Below, in pieces: positions 1-9,933 of a stretch of DNA of 64,000 nt; the stretch's first letter is position 1; every line of letters begins with the position of its first letter. The stretch comes from Thermococcaceae archaeon (GTDB taxonomy: Archaea > Methanobacteriota_B > Thermococci > Thermococcales > Thermococcaceae). Made by a program: the position numbers and the translations under genes. The notes beneath the pieces were generated by a model that saw only the letters and a list, made by a program, of their open reading frames with translations, was not told where the DNA came from and did not search any database. Where the stretch lies: the NCBI GenBank assembly GCA_030156945.1, contig JASGLT010000010.1:1068-65067 (forward strand), given 5' to 3'.

Positions 1-43
1 CATAAAGAGAACCATCCAGCCTATAAGGGTGCCATTCGCGAGA

Positions 44-613
44 ATGCCCTATGTGAAATCAGAGGATGGGATACAGCTAGCTTGGGAAAGCTACGAAGAC
101 CTTGAGACTATAAAGCGCAACCTTACATTAGACGAAGAGGGTAACCTGTGGTTTGAAGGGGAAAGGATTCAGCTTATAGGGGAAGAAAGCGAAGCGTCCC
201 TTATAGAATTCGCCTACAGGTACCTTGGCCCTAAAGAAGGTAAGCGCTTCCTTTATCTCTGGGGGAGATACGAATTCCGTGGCGTGGGAAAAGCGTATAG
301 GAACTTCCACCGCTCCCTGAGAGATGCCCTCGACTACTTCTCTAAAGCCACGAAAGCCAGCGGAGGCGGAATTCTGGAGCCCATTGAGCTCAGAGATGAT
401 TTCATAGTGATAAGGGGAAAGAACCTCTTCCCCTTGAAAAAAGGCTCCCAATACCCCCTCCACGTTAACTACGCCGGCGAGATTGCCCAGCTGATAAGCG
501 AATTCACAGGAGAGGAATGGGAGGGAGACGAGGTTAAATGCCAGGCCACGGGCGCTGAGTACTGCGAGTTCGTCTTCAGGAAGAAGAGCACTGGAAACCG
601 TTCTTCTGAGTGA
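44..613 (+). CDS. V4R (4-vinyl reductase) domain protein, small-ligand binding
   Basis: C-terminal 'WEGDEVKCQATGAEYCEFVF' is the V4R signature. ATG 44 chosen over GTG 29; TATA-like CTATAAG at 21-27. Confidence 0.8.
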   Translation: MPYVKSEDGIQLAWESYEDLETIKRNLTLDEEGNLWFEGERIQLIGEESEASLIEFAYRYLGPKEGKRFLYLWGRYEFRGVGKAYRNFHRSLRDALDYFSKATKASGGGILEPIELRDDFIVIRGKNLFPLKKGSQYPLHVNYAGEIAQLISEFTGEEWEGDEVKCQATGAEYCEFVFRKKSTGNRSSE

Positions 614-631
614 GGAGTATCGGGATTTTGC

Positions 632-726
632 GCTGACGTCAGCAGATGGACGAGAGAGGTCGTTAGGGGGTCCAAACACCCCGAATCTTTTGTATCTCTT
701 TTAGTAATTTAGATACACACAAGATT
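632..726. promoter_or_regulatory. Palindrome and imperfect inverted repeat upstream of the secreted-protein gene
   Basis: Perfect 12-bp palindrome GCTGACGTCAGC (632-643). Arms AATCTTTTGTATCT (684-697) and AGATACACACAAGATT (711-726) form an inverted repeat with a bulge. Confidence 0.3.
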
Positions 727-814
727 TCGCAACATCCCAGTACAGAATAAACGAAAAGCTTAAGTACTATGACTCAGTTGGTTATTATTGACAATCCCGT
801 TGGGGAAGGGGCAA

Positions 815-1981
815 ATGCGACAGAAGATGGTATGGTTCATACTTGGAGTTTTGGTTGGAAGCCTGTTTGTTGTTTCGGCGTACCCAACAGGAAGGGAGGT
901 TCAGTACGGTGTTCCAACCGTTCAGAAGATTGCCGGAAACAACTACACCGCCTACATCCTCTATAGCAAAGAGGGCCTGCCCCTCGATCCGAAGGTACTC
1001 AAAAACAGGGTTCAGCAACTTGTTGAAGAAAGCGCTCCAAAAGCCAAGTGGCACGTCTACGCGGTTCCAGAGCTTCCAAAAGGCTCATTCATAACCGGTT
1101 ACGGGATAAAAGTGACGCAAGAGGGAAGGGTTGATATCCTAATCACCGCAAGGAGTGCCACTACGCCCACCAAGGTTAAGGTTGAAACCCTTCGGAACGA
1201 GCTCCTGGAATGGAGCAAGAAGGCACCCAAATTCAAACCGGACGTTATTCCAAAGGGAAGGATAGGTGTTCCCAGGGGATGGGAAGTTAAAACCGTTGAC
1301 AGCAACGGAAACGTAAAAGTCTACAGCGGTGAAAGTGAGCCATACTGGCACAACTTCGGAAGACAAGAACTTAGGTACGATGATCCACCCTATGGAAAGC
1401 TGTATGCCCAGTTCTTTATGTGGGGACTCTGGAATGATAACAACCCATCAACTGAGACATTTGCCTGCACCAAAGATGAGGATGGTCGAGGCACGTACAG
1501 AGCAACTCCAGGAATTTTACTAAAGAACAGTGGAAATAGTGACTATGGAAAGTACTGGATAAGAAAGATGAAAATAATTCACAATTGGAGAGTTGACCCT
1601 GCCCTAAATGGACACTTGGGGTTAATGGGGCCAGCGGGGATTATTGACAAGCATTCAAGTGTAACAGTGAGCGTGGGTCCTATCTCGTATCCCTTGAATG
1701 TAGGGGGATACAAGATTTATGGGGATGATGCTGATCCCAAAGCAATATGGACAGTAGACACCATGGGGACAGCGAGATTGTACACTGAAGCTTCCGAACA
1801 CACCGTCGAGGTCATGGTGTCCTCTGAAGGAGAAGTCAAAGAAAGCGCTCTCCATGATGGGAAGTGGCATCCAGTAGTTAATGTCAAACTCTCCGCTGAG
1901 TTGTCGGGCAATAGGAACATACTACCCACGGACATTCACAACATTTGGACCGCACTCACATGGTACGTGAAAGTTGGCTGA
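815..1981 (+). CDS. Secreted hypothetical protein
   Basis: Signal peptide 'MRQKMVWFILGVLVGSLFVVSAYP'; purine-rich RBS just before ATG 815; T-rich terminator after the stop. No catalytic motif recognised. Confidence 0.7.
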   Translation: MRQKMVWFILGVLVGSLFVVSAYPTGREVQYGVPTVQKIAGNNYTAYILYSKEGLPLDPKVLKNRVQQLVEESAPKAKWHVYAVPELPKGSFITGYGIKVTQEGRVDILITARSATTPTKVKVETLRNELLEWSKKAPKFKPDVIPKGRIGVPRGWEVKTVDSNGNVKVYSGESEPYWHNFGRQELRYDDPPYGKLYAQFFMWGLWNDNNPSTETFACTKDEDGRGTYRATPGILLKNSGNSDYGKYWIRKMKIIHNWRVDPALNGHLGLMGPAGIIDKHSSVTVSVGPISYPLNVGGYKIYGDDADPKAIWTVDTMGTARLYTEASEHTVEVMVSSEGEVKESALHDGKWHPVVNVKLSAELSGNRNILPTDIHNIWTALTWYVKVG

Positions 1982-2058
1982 CCGCCTATCTTCTTTTTGT
2001 TTGCTTATTACTCCAAAAACCCTTTTAACCTCCGGGCCTATTAACCCTGGTGTTGCCG

Positions 2059-2583
2059 ATGGCCGAGAAAAATGTAGAGCGTACGCTGGTCATTCTGAAA
2101 CCGGATGCCGTTGTTAGGGGACTTGTAGGCGAAATAATATCTCGCTTCGAGAAGCGTGGTCTCAAGATCGTCGGAATGAAGATGATATGGATCGACCGGG
2201 AGCTGGCGGAGAAGCACTACGAAGAGCACAGGGGCAAGCCTTTCTTTGAGCCTCTGATCGACTACATCACAAAGGCTCCGAGTGTCGTCATGGTAGTTGA
2301 GGGACGTTATGCTATAAGCGTCGTCAGGAAGATGGCAGGAGCTACTGACCCGAAGGACGCAGAGCCCGGAAGTATACGCGGCGATTACGGTCTCGACGTT
2401 GGTGATGCAATCTACAACGTGGTCCATGCATCCGACAGCCCGGAGAGCGCGGAGAGGGAGATAAGCCTATACTTCAAGCCAGAGGAGCTCTTTGAATACT
2501 GCAAGGCCGCCGACTGGTTCTACCACACCCACGCAAAGGGAAAGAAGGAGTGGCTTGACAGCATGAACTGCCTGGAACGCTAG
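2059..2583 (+). CDS. ndk: Nucleoside diphosphate kinase
   Basis: '[25 protein letters not shown]', 'PGSIRGDYG', catalytic 'NVVHASDS'. Confidence 0.98.
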   Translation: MAEKNVERTLVILKPDAVVRGLVGEIISRFEKRGLKIVGMKMIWIDRELAEKHYEEHRGKPFFEPLIDYITKAPSVVMVVEGRYAISVVRKMAGATDPKDAEPGSIRGDYGLDVGDAIYNVVHASDSPESAEREISLYFKPEELFEYCKAADWFYHTHAKGKKEWLDSMNCLER

Positions 2584-2684
2584 TTAACCCCTTTGCCTTT
2601 AAAACCATCAATTTTCCCTACCAACTCCTTAATTTTTGGAAAATTATAAAAGGGGGGCATTTCCATGGCAAGGTGGTGAATAAC

Positions 2685-3530
2685 ATGTCCCAGAAGAAAG
2701 CCCTGATAGCGCTCCTCCTGGTGTTTACCCTCCTATCAGCTATGTGCTTGGGCTCTAACTCCCAGAACGAAACCAAGAATCCAACTGCCTCCGAAACCCC
2801 CACAAACACTCAAACACATTATACTGAGTCTTCGAGTCAAGCTTCCACATCTACTACTAACGCTTCATGCAATTCCTGCCAAGTTTCCCCCTCCAAAAAC
2901 GATAGCACAGCGTCTTCAAGTACTGATACTGGCTCTCAGAAAAGTTCCTCAACTTCAACCTCTACCTCGCAAACTTCCACACCAGTAGAGAATAACGAGA
3001 GCTCCTCCCAAACTCCGAGCGGTGAAAACACAACAGAGACATCAACGGAAACTCCATCCAACCCTCCTGAGGAGTCTGGCAAGGTAACCCTTCCCCACGA
3101 CTTCCCACCCTACAAGCTACCCCTGAACAGGTCTCTTATAAAGTTCTACATATACGGAAGCAGTGAATGCTGCAAATGCAGGCGCCTCGTGGAGTACCTC
3201 ACCGAAGAATATGGAAGCGACAGTATTGTGTTCTACGAGATAAATGAAGGGAACAACCGCACCATAGTCCTGGAGGGCCTTCTTAATGAGTACTCAACAC
3301 TTACCAGCCTCCCCATAACGGGCATATCCTACAACGGAACCCTCGTTGCAGTTATCAGCGGATTTAACGAGCCCTACGATGTAGAAGGCCCAATAAAAAC
3401 TGCCCTAAAGTATCGGGTCGTCTTCATCAGGGATTCCGAGGGGAACACAATGTACACTGGGAGCAAAACAAAGAGGGCAGTCTTGGAGGCAGTTTTCCTG
3501 TATAACATGCTTCCAGAGGATGCAGGATGA
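2685..3530 (+). CDS. Lipoprotein with Ser/Thr-rich stalk and C-terminal thioredoxin/glutaredoxin-like domain
   Basis: Signal ending 'SAMCLG'; long S/T low-complexity linker; 'IKFYIYGSSECCKCRRLVEYL' has CxxC in a glutaredoxin-like context. Confidence 0.7.
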   Translation: MSQKKALIALLLVFTLLSAMCLGSNSQNETKNPTASETPTNTQTHYTESSSQASTSTTNASCNSCQVSPSKNDSTASSSTDTGSQKSSSTSTSTSQTSTPVENNESSSQTPSGENTTETSTETPSNPPEESGKVTLPHDFPPYKLPLNRSLIKFYIYGSSECCKCRRLVEYLTEEYGSDSIVFYEINEGNNRTIVLEGLLNEYSTLTSLPITGISYNGTLVAVISGFNEPYDVEGPIKTALKYRVVFIRDSEGNTMYTGSKTKRAVLEAVFLYNMLPEDAG

Positions 3531-3841
3531 GTTTCCTTTCAGTTTTTATCTTCCCACAAGGAAGTAGAGGTTCAACTTCATAAAGCGATTTTGGACTTTA
3601 AAACTCTTTTATCCCCCTTAAAACCCTGGAAATTCACTTATCACCCAAAATATTCTCCCGAGTTTTCTACGTCCTCCAGTCAGATACTTTTCAACGAAAT
3701 AGGGATACAAACTGGTACAGCAACGCCACCGGAGGCATGCATGGTGAATATGCTATCCTCACCTCGTTCACGCCAGCAAAATTCTCGCAGACGGGCAAAG
3801 AAGGAATACCTAAGACGGTATTGGCTATCCGAAACACGGAT

Positions 3842-4684
3842 CTAACCCGCCGCGTCCTCAGACTTCCCCTTTTTTCTCAGGAAGTCCGAGTACTCCCCCA
3901 CAACTTCACGGCATTCCTTCGAAAGCGTTTTATTCGTAGTCTTGACCGTCACCTTTGCCAGGAGCTGAGCAGTCACCAAAACGACTACGCCATAGGCAGC
4001 TATTGTTAGAGTACCCCTCGGAACGAATAAGAGGGCCACTGCCGGGAGAAATCCGATTGCAAGGATAGCAAGTTTCTTAGCCACGCAGAGAGCTGGAAGC
4101 ATCAAAGTGCATTCCGCAAGCTCTCTGGAGCGTGGGAATCTTTTAAGGGTGGCACCCCCAATGAAGAGCTTTCTACCATCCCTAAAGACCATCATGCTCT
4201 TCTCGTCGGTATAAACCTCAAATCCCTCAAGAAGGTCCACCCTCTCAACCTTCAGGAACTTTATGGAGCTCCCTTCCTTCGGCCAGACAATGAGTGCGTA
4301 GGCCAGAATGCCCGGAACGATCAGAGCAGGAAGCAGCGTTGACGAAAGTACGACCGCCCCCGCAAATGTCCCCGGCGCCAGGTACGAGACCTGGACGTAC
4401 TCGTCAATGCTCAGGCTTCCCCTCGCCCTGAGGTAGAAGTACAGGAGTGCAACGAAAAACGAGAGGAAGACCTCTATTCCAGCCCATTTGAGGGGACTGA
4501 GGCAAGTTCCAGCCCAGAGGTAGGTGTTCTTCGGCCACCCTTCTCCCAAACCTATGGAAATCGCATAGGTAAAGACAGGCATTCCAAACAGTGCCATAGC
4601 GACTTCGTATCCCCTGCCCTTAACCCTGCCGAGAATAAATGCCATGACGAACCCAAGGAGAACCCCTCCGATGAGCCCTATCAT
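3842..4684 (-). CDS. Multi-pass membrane hypothetical protein
   Basis: Several hydrophobic helices; GGTGG/GGTAGG RBS before ATG 4684. Confidence 0.7.
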   Translation of the reverse strand: MIGLIGGVLLGFVMAFILGRVKGRGYEVAMALFGMPVFTYAISIGLGEGWPKNTYLWAGTCLSPLKWAGIEVFLSFFVALLYFYLRARGSLSIDEYVQVSYLAPGTFAGAVVLSSTLLPALIVPGILAYALIVWPKEGSSIKFLKVERVDLLEGFEVYTDEKSMMVFRDGRKLFIGGATLKRFPRSRELAECTLMLPALCVAKKLAILAIGFLPAVALLFVPRGTLTIAAYGVVVLVTAQLLAKVTVKTTNKTLSKECREVVGEYSDFLRKKGKSEDAAG

Positions 4685-4777
4685 CCTACCACCAGTTGGA
4701 ATTACCATTGTTGTTTTTAATCTTTACGCCGGCTAACCTTTAAAAGCCTACACCAGACTTTAGCTCAGGTGAGAAAA

Positions 4778-6574
4778 ATGACGAAGAGAATTAGACAGCC
4801 GATCATCGCGGTTCTCGGCCACGTTGACCACGGCAAGACAACACTACTCGACCGCATCAGGCACACGAACGTCGCTGGAAAGGAAGCTGGGGGAATAACC
4901 CAGCACATAGGTGCGACCGAGGTTCCGATAGATGTTGTCAAACAGCTCGCCGGCCCGCTCATCAAGCTCTGGAAGGGTGAGATAAAGCTCCCCGGACTGC
5001 TCTTCATCGATACTCCCGGCCACGAGGCCTTCACGAGCCTGCGCGCGAGGGGCGGGAGCCTCGCCGATTTGGCGGTCTTGATTGTTGACATAAACGAGGG
5101 CTTCCAGCCGCAGACGATAGAGAGCATCGAAATCCTGAGGAGGTACAGGACGCCATTCATAGTTGCCGCCAACAAGATAGACAGGATAAAGGGCTGGGTC
5201 ATCGAGGAGGATGAACCTTTCCTCATCAACATCAAGAAGCAGGATCAGAGGGCGCAGCAGGAGCTGGAGACAAAGCTCTGGGAACTGATAGGCAAGTTCT
5301 ACGAGATGGGCTTCAACGCCAACCGCTTCGACCGCGTTCAGGACTTCACGAGGGAGCTGGCGATAATTCCCATATCAGCCAAGTACGGCATAGGCGTTCC
5401 AGAACTTCTCGTCCTCATAGCAGGCCTCTCCCAGAAATACCTTGAGGAGAAGCTGAAGATAGAGGTTGAAGGTCCCGCACGCGGTACCATCCTCGAGGTC
5501 AGGGAAGAGGTCGGCCTCGGGACAACCATCGACGTCATCATCTACGACGGCACGCTCAGGAAGGACGACACGATAGTGGTTGGCGGAAAGGACAAGGCGA
5601 TAGTGACCAAAATACGCGCGCTCCTGAAGCCGAAGCCCCTCGACGAGATCAGAGACCCGAGGTTCCGCTTCGATCAGGTTGATGAGGTAACAGCGGCGGC
5701 GGGTGTCAAGATAGCGGCTCCAGGTCTGGAGGAGGCGCTAGCTGGTTCTCCCGTCATAGCGGCGCGCTCCGAGGAGGAGATTGAGAGAGCAAAGCAGGAG
5801 ATACTCAGCCAGATTCAGAGCGTCGTCATAAACACCGGCAAGATCGGTGTCATAGTCAAAGCCGACACTCTTGGAAGCCTTGAGGCCCTCAGCAAGGAGC
5901 TCCAGGAGAAGGGAATCCCCATCAGAAAGGCAGATGTCGGCAACATCAGCAAGACCGACGTTATGGAGGCCTTGAGCGTTAAGGAGGAAGAGCCAAAGTA
6001 CGGCGTCGTCCTCGGCTTCAACGTCAAGGTTAACGAAGATGCAGAAGAAGTTGCGAACGCAAAGAGCGTTCCAATATTCGTCGGCAACATCATCTACAAG
6101 CTCATCGAGGACTACGAGGCCTGGGTGAAGGCGGAGGAGGAGAAGAGAAAGCGCGAGCTCCTCAAGAACGTTACCTTCCCGAGCGTTATCAGGCTCTATC
6201 CGGACGAGCGCTACGTCTTCAGGAGGAGCAAGCCGGCCATAGTCGGCGTCGAAGTCCTCGAGGGCAGGATAAGGCCGGGTGTAGCTCTGATCAAGGAGAC
6301 CGGCGAGAAGGTCGGCGTAATCAAGTCGATAAAGAACAAGAACGACTTCGTCCAGGAGGCGAAGAAGGGAGATGCAGTGGCTATAGCAATTGAGGGCGCA
6401 ATAGTCGGCAGGCACATACACCCCGGGGAGACCCTCTACGTCGACCTGAGCAAGAACGACGTCATAATCCTCGCCAAGCAGCTCAGGGACGAGCTTGAGG
6501 AGACCGACATAAAGGCCCTCAAGATGACGGCAAAGGTAAAGGCGAAGGAAGACCCGTTCTGGAAGGCGGTTTGA
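4778..6574 (+). CDS. infB: Translation initiation factor aIF5B (IF-2), intein-free
   Basis: '[20 protein letters not shown]', 'GGITQHIGA', '[10 protein letters not shown]', 'NKID'; C-terminal '[10 protein letters not shown]'. Confidence 0.98.
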   Translation: MTKRIRQPIIAVLGHVDHGKTTLLDRIRHTNVAGKEAGGITQHIGATEVPIDVVKQLAGPLIKLWKGEIKLPGLLFIDTPGHEAFTSLRARGGSLADLAVLIVDINEGFQPQTIESIEILRRYRTPFIVAANKIDRIKGWVIEEDEPFLINIKKQDQRAQQELETKLWELIGKFYEMGFNANRFDRVQDFTRELAIIPISAKYGIGVPELLVLIAGLSQKYLEEKLKIEVEGPARGTILEVREEVGLGTTIDVIIYDGTLRKDDTIVVGGKDKAIVTKIRALLKPKPLDEIRDPRFRFDQVDEVTAAAGVKIAAPGLEEALAGSPVIAARSEEEIERAKQEILSQIQSVVINTGKIGVIVKADTLGSLEALSKELQEKGIPIRKADVGNISKTDVMEALSVKEEEPKYGVVLGFNVKVNEDAEEVANAKSVPIFVGNIIYKLIEDYEAWVKAEEEKRKRELLKNVTFPSVIRLYPDERYVFRRSKPAIVGVEVLEGRIRPGVALIKETGEKVGVIKSIKNKNDFVQEAKKGDAVAIAIEGAIVGRHIHPGETLYVDLSKNDVIILAKQLRDELEETDIKALKMTAKVKAKEDPFWKAV

Positions 6575-6581
6575 TCGGCTT

Positions 6582-7847
6582 TCAACTCTTTCTCCTTAAC
6601 TTTACCACCGCCTCAACGTGCGGCGTGTGCGGGAACATGTCCACCAGAACGGCCTCCTCAACACGATAACCCTTGCTAAGGTGGTTCTCGTAGTCGAGCT
6701 TGAATGCCTTCGGGTTGCATGAGACATAAACAACGTTCTCAACTCCGCTCTTCACGAGCAGCTCCGCGGCCTCCTTCAGTCCCTTTCGAGGCGGGTCAAC
6801 TATCACAGTGTCGTAGTTACCGATGGGGGTCTCTTCCACTCTCCCCACGCTAAAGCGGGCGTTTACACCGTTGAGTTCCGCGTTTCTGCTGGCCATATCC
6901 ACCGCAAACGGGTTGAGCTCGACTCCTTCAACCCAAAAGCCCTTCTTTGCCAGCCAAATCCCGAACGTCCCAACGCCAGAGTACAGGTCGAGAACCTCCT
7001 CCCCGTCAGCAAACTCTTCAACGGCCTTCAGGAGGAGTGTCAGGGCGTAGCTGTTGGTCTGGAAGAATGAGTTGGGGTGGATTAGGTAGAGGACATCCTC
7101 GATCCTCTCGCGGATGTACGGCTCTCCATCTACGAGCTGAGTATCACCACGAGGATTGTCCTTTGTGTCCTGCTTAATACTCCAGTAGAGGGAGTCGGCG
7201 AAGGAGAAGTAGTCTCTAAATGCCTCAAGAACTTTCTCTTTGGGCTTAATGTGAGCAATGAGGTTCACCATAACCTCTCCCGTGAACTTGCCCTCCCGCA
7301 CTTGGAGGTAGTGCACCTCCCCGGTTTTCTTTTTCAAGTCCCAGGGCTTAAGCCCAGCTTCGGCAAGAAACCCCCTCAAAGAGCGGAGATACTCGGGCGT
7401 TTTCTTCGAGAAAATCGGGCACTCACGGAGATCAACCACTCTAAAAGGACTTCCATACTCCTTCAGGCCGATTCCAGAAATTGTAACAATGAAGTTGCTA
7501 ATGTTGCGAAATCCCCAAACCCTTGGCGAGCCCTTGATCTCGGCGCTTATCCCGGTGGCTTTCTCAAAGAGCTCCCTCTTGAGGCGCAGTTGCTCACCAT
7601 ATTTCAATCCCTGCCAGAGACAGCCGCCGCATCTTCCAAAATGAGTGCACCCGGGTCTCTGGCGGAGAGAAGATTCTTCGAGGAGCTCGAAATCGGTTGC
7701 CATCTTCCTTCCGAATCGGTGCTTTGTTCTCTTTACCTTCACGATATCACTGGGATAAGAGAAAGGAACATAGATTATCCCGTTTTTGGCCTTTATTGTC
7801 CCTAAACCATCTTCACTCATCCCACTTACTCTTCCCGTAATCTTCAT
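6582..7847 (-). CDS. RlmD/RumA-family RNA m5U methyltransferase, probably the 23S rRNA U747-type paralogue
   Basis: TRAM-like N-terminus, 4Fe-4S motif 'CTHFGRCGGCLWQ', 'SFFQTN', 'LDLYSGVGTF', 'VDPPRKGL', 'YVSCNP', 'DMFPHTPHVE'. Paralogue assignment is from recalled similarity to the P. abyssi rRNA-specific copy. Confidence 0.9.
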   Translation of the reverse strand: MKITGRVSGMSEDGLGTIKAKNGIIYVPFSYPSDIVKVKRTKHRFGRKMATDFELLEESSLRQRPGCTHFGRCGGCLWQGLKYGEQLRLKRELFEKATGISAEIKGSPRVWGFRNISNFIVTISGIGLKEYGSPFRVVDLRECPIFSKKTPEYLRSLRGFLAEAGLKPWDLKKKTGEVHYLQVREGKFTGEVMVNLIAHIKPKEKVLEAFRDYFSFADSLYWSIKQDTKDNPRGDTQLVDGEPYIRERIEDVLYLIHPNSFFQTNSYALTLLLKAVEEFADGEEVLDLYSGVGTFGIWLAKKGFWVEGVELNPFAVDMASRNAELNGVNARFSVGRVEETPIGNYDTVIVDPPRKGLKEAAELLVKSGVENVVYVSCNPKAFKLDYENHLSKGYRVEEAVLVDMFPHTPHVEAVVKLRRKS

Positions 7848-7889
7848 ACACGCATTTGAGAACTTGTGCACTTATAAACCCTCTGGGCA

Positions 7890-8147
7890 TTATTTTCCCA
7901 ATGACAGCTCCTTCGCATTCACGACTACAGCCCTCTCTGGCAGCTCAACTTCGCCCCGGGTTATTATCAGCGCCCCATCGTAGGTCGTCATGGTAAGCTT
8001 GACCTTCTTGAAGCCTCCCGTTTCACCGACTATGACAAGGGGCCTCTCCTTCAGCTCCAGAAACTTCTTGAATGTTTCAGGCTCGACGAAGACCAGAACT
8101 CCTCCGGCTATGACGCGGTTTGCATCAACGGCCATCCCACAGCCCAT
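7890..8147 (-). CDS. Small conserved hypothetical protein
   Basis: GGTGAGG RBS before ATG 8147; codon usage like neighbouring core genes. Confidence 0.75.
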   Translation of the reverse strand: MGCGMAVDANRVIAGGVLVFVEPETFKKFLELKERPLVIVGETGGFKKVKLTMTTYDGALIITRGEVELPERAVVVNAKELSLGK

Positions 8148-8245
8148 AGGCCTCACCCAAACTGAATAGTATCCTTACCCACAGATTAGCCTTTCGGTAA
8201 GAAAGTTTTATTTACTTCCGTTCTAATTCACCACTGGTGAGGGAA

Positions 8246-8422
8246 GTGGAGAAAACTGGATATGTAGCCCTCAACCGAGAGTGGCGAGCTAAAATGGACG
8301 AGCTCAGAGCGAGAGCAAGAGCGAACCTTGATGACGTCCTCCAACGGGCTTTTGGCTCCATAAAGTCCGAGAAGTCCTGGCGCGAGCTGGAGGCTGAGCT
8401 CTATGAGGAGCTTTCTAGTTGA
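8246..8422 (+). CDS. Putative antitoxin (VapB-like), orphaned
   Basis: GGTGAGG RBS before GTG 8246. Acidic C-terminus 'AFGSIKSEKSWRELEAELYEE' is typical of Thermococcales antitoxins; the gene overlaps a PIN-domain start. Confidence 0.6.
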   Translation: MEKTGYVALNREWRAKMDELRARARANLDDVLQRAFGSIKSEKSWRELEAELYEELSS

Positions 8423-8468
8423 TAGTAATGTGTTCATTGAGGCTTTAGCTGTCGTAAATGACTTGTGA
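8403..8468 (+). pseudogene. Truncated PIN-domain toxin (VapC) remnant
   Basis: ATG 8403 reads MRSFLVDSNVFIEALAVVNDL*. 'FLVDSNVFI' is the PIN beta1-Asp motif, and the start lies inside the antitoxin 3' end. Not in the ORF track. Confidence 0.7.
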
Positions 8469-8503
8469 TTAATATCCTCTCCAGATGAACTGGAGGTGCA
8501 GCC

Positions 8504-8851
8504 ATGAAATCCCGCGTCGTCGAGCGCTTCAAGTTTGAGGCAGCCCATGCAGTCATCATAGATGGTCAAGCAGAGGAGATACATGGCCACACCTTCCGGC
8601 TGGAGGTCGCCGTTGAAGGCCCGCTTAAGAACGGCTATGTAATGGACTTTCTGGAGCTTCGGAGAATTGTGGAAAACATAATAAAGGAACTCGACCACAA
8701 GAACCTCAACTCCCTCTTTAAGAACCCGACAACAGAGAACATTGCCCTCTGGATAGCAGAAGAGATTCAGGAGAAACTTCCTGGGGGAGTGCAGCTCAAG
8801 CGCATAGTCCTCTGGGAGGGCGACGAGAACGGAGTCGAGTTTGAGTTTTAA
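8504..8851 (+). CDS. 6-pyruvoyl-tetrahydropterin synthase family protein (COG0720, T-fold), EX2HGH type
   Basis: 'FEAAH...[12 protein letters not shown]', 'MDFLEL', 'LDHKNLN', 'NPTTENIA'. Lacks the Cys of the QueD CX3HGH motif. Confidence 0.9.
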   Translation: MKSRVVERFKFEAAHAVIIDGQAEEIHGHTFRLEVAVEGPLKNGYVMDFLELRRIVENIIKELDHKNLNSLFKNPTTENIALWIAEEIQEKLPGGVQLKRIVLWEGDENGVEFEF

Positions 8852-9321
8852 ACCTCATTGGCTTTTACTTCTTTAACGCTTTCAACCATTGCAATGCTGT
8901 TTTTAGAGCCGTTGAAGTCTATTTTTCCCGGAATTAGAGACTTGACTGGAAGTGCTTTTTTGCTTTCTTCGGTGGGCGTCCAGCTTATTAAGTCCCCTTC
9001 CTCCACCTCAAGGGTTCTTATCAGCCCAACGGGACCCTCGATGATGTACTTGGCAGCTTTCTTCGGAGTGTAGAGACGCCACTTCTTTGCAGTCTTAAAG
9101 TCCACTACCCTTCTCGAAGAATCGAGCCAGATAACGTCGATGTCGCTCAGCATGAAGAACATGTGAATTGAAGCGTTTGCCCGTGTTTCAGCTGGGAGGA
9201 CAAAAACTAGGGCGTAGTTCACATCCCTAACCAGCATAAGCCCCCTAAACCGCCTGAAGAAGTTATCCGCAAGCTTAACTCTTCCGTGCCACACTTTTCC
9301 CTTGGTCTCGTTGATTATCAT
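8848..9321 (-). CDS. DUF192 family protein
   Basis: '[13 protein letters not shown]', '[16 protein letters not shown]', 'YIIEGPVG'. Confidence 0.85.
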   Translation of the reverse strand: MIINETKGKVWHGRVKLADNFFRRFRGLMLVRDVNYALVFVLPAETRANASIHMFFMLSDIDVIWLDSSRRVVDFKTAKKWRLYTPKKAAKYIIEGPVGLIRTLEVEEGDLISWTPTEESKKALPVKSLIPGKIDFNGSKNSIAMVESVKEVKANEV

Positions 9322-9372
9322 AAACTCCCCCCACGCCACAAAAGGAAGTGGATAATAAAAGGATTTGGGGAA

Positions 9373-9933
9373 TCAAAGCTCCCCGTTCTTAGCCTTCTCT
9401 CCCAGCTCAAAACCCTTCCTAAGGGCCCTCAGGTTGATCTCCTCGGTTCCCTTTGGAACGGCATCGAGGACGGCCTTTTCTATCGCTTCCCTGCTAACTA
9501 TCTCAGTCCAGGCAGTCAGGACGCCAAGGGTGAGGATGTTCATCGTCAGGCTCAGGCCGGTGGTCTCCTCCGCTATCTCAGTAAGAGGGAGCGCCAAAAC
9601 ATCGAGCTTCTTCTCGAACTCAAGGTCCCTGTTTGGAATAAGGTCTTTCTCTACGATGACCTTTGCGCCCTCTTTGATGGTGTGGAGGTACTTGGTGTAG
9701 GCCTCCTGGGAGAAGAAGACCGCGTAGTCGGGGCTGAGGGTTTTTGGGTAGTCTATCGGCTCGTCGCTGATGACCACCTCGGCCTTGCTTGCACCTCCCC
9801 TTGACTCTGGCCCATAAGCCTGGGTCTGGACGGCGTAGAGACCCTCATAAACCGCCGCCGCCCTTCCGAGGATGACGCTCGCGAGGATGACACCCTGACC
9901 GCCGAAACCGCTGAAGAGGACTTCCTTCCTCAT
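9373..9933 (-). CDS. korC: 2-oxoacid:ferredoxin oxidoreductase gamma subunit (copy 2)
   Basis: 'FSGFGGQGVILA', 'QAYGPESRGGAS', 'MNILTLG'. Confidence 0.92.
   Translation of the reverse strand: MRKEVLFSGFGGQGVILASVILGRAAAVYEGLYAVQTQAYGPESRGGASKAEVVISDEPIDYPKTLSPDYAVFFSQEAYTKYLHTIKEGAKVIVEKDLIPNRDLEFEKKLDVLALPLTEIAEETTGLSLTMNILTLGVLTAWTEIVSREAIEKAVLDAVPKGTEEINLRALRKGFELGEKAKNGEL

Noticed and set aside
610-680. Possible box C/D sRNA starting at GTGAGGA over the V4R stop codon, with CTGA at 633
   Set aside because: The first guide would be 16 nt, there is no convincing C' box and no terminal D box.
3531-3845. Short ORFs and a possible secreted-gene remnant ('NWYSNATGG') between convergent genes
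   Set aside because: No start/RBS and no recognisable family; could be decayed sequence but cannot be supported.
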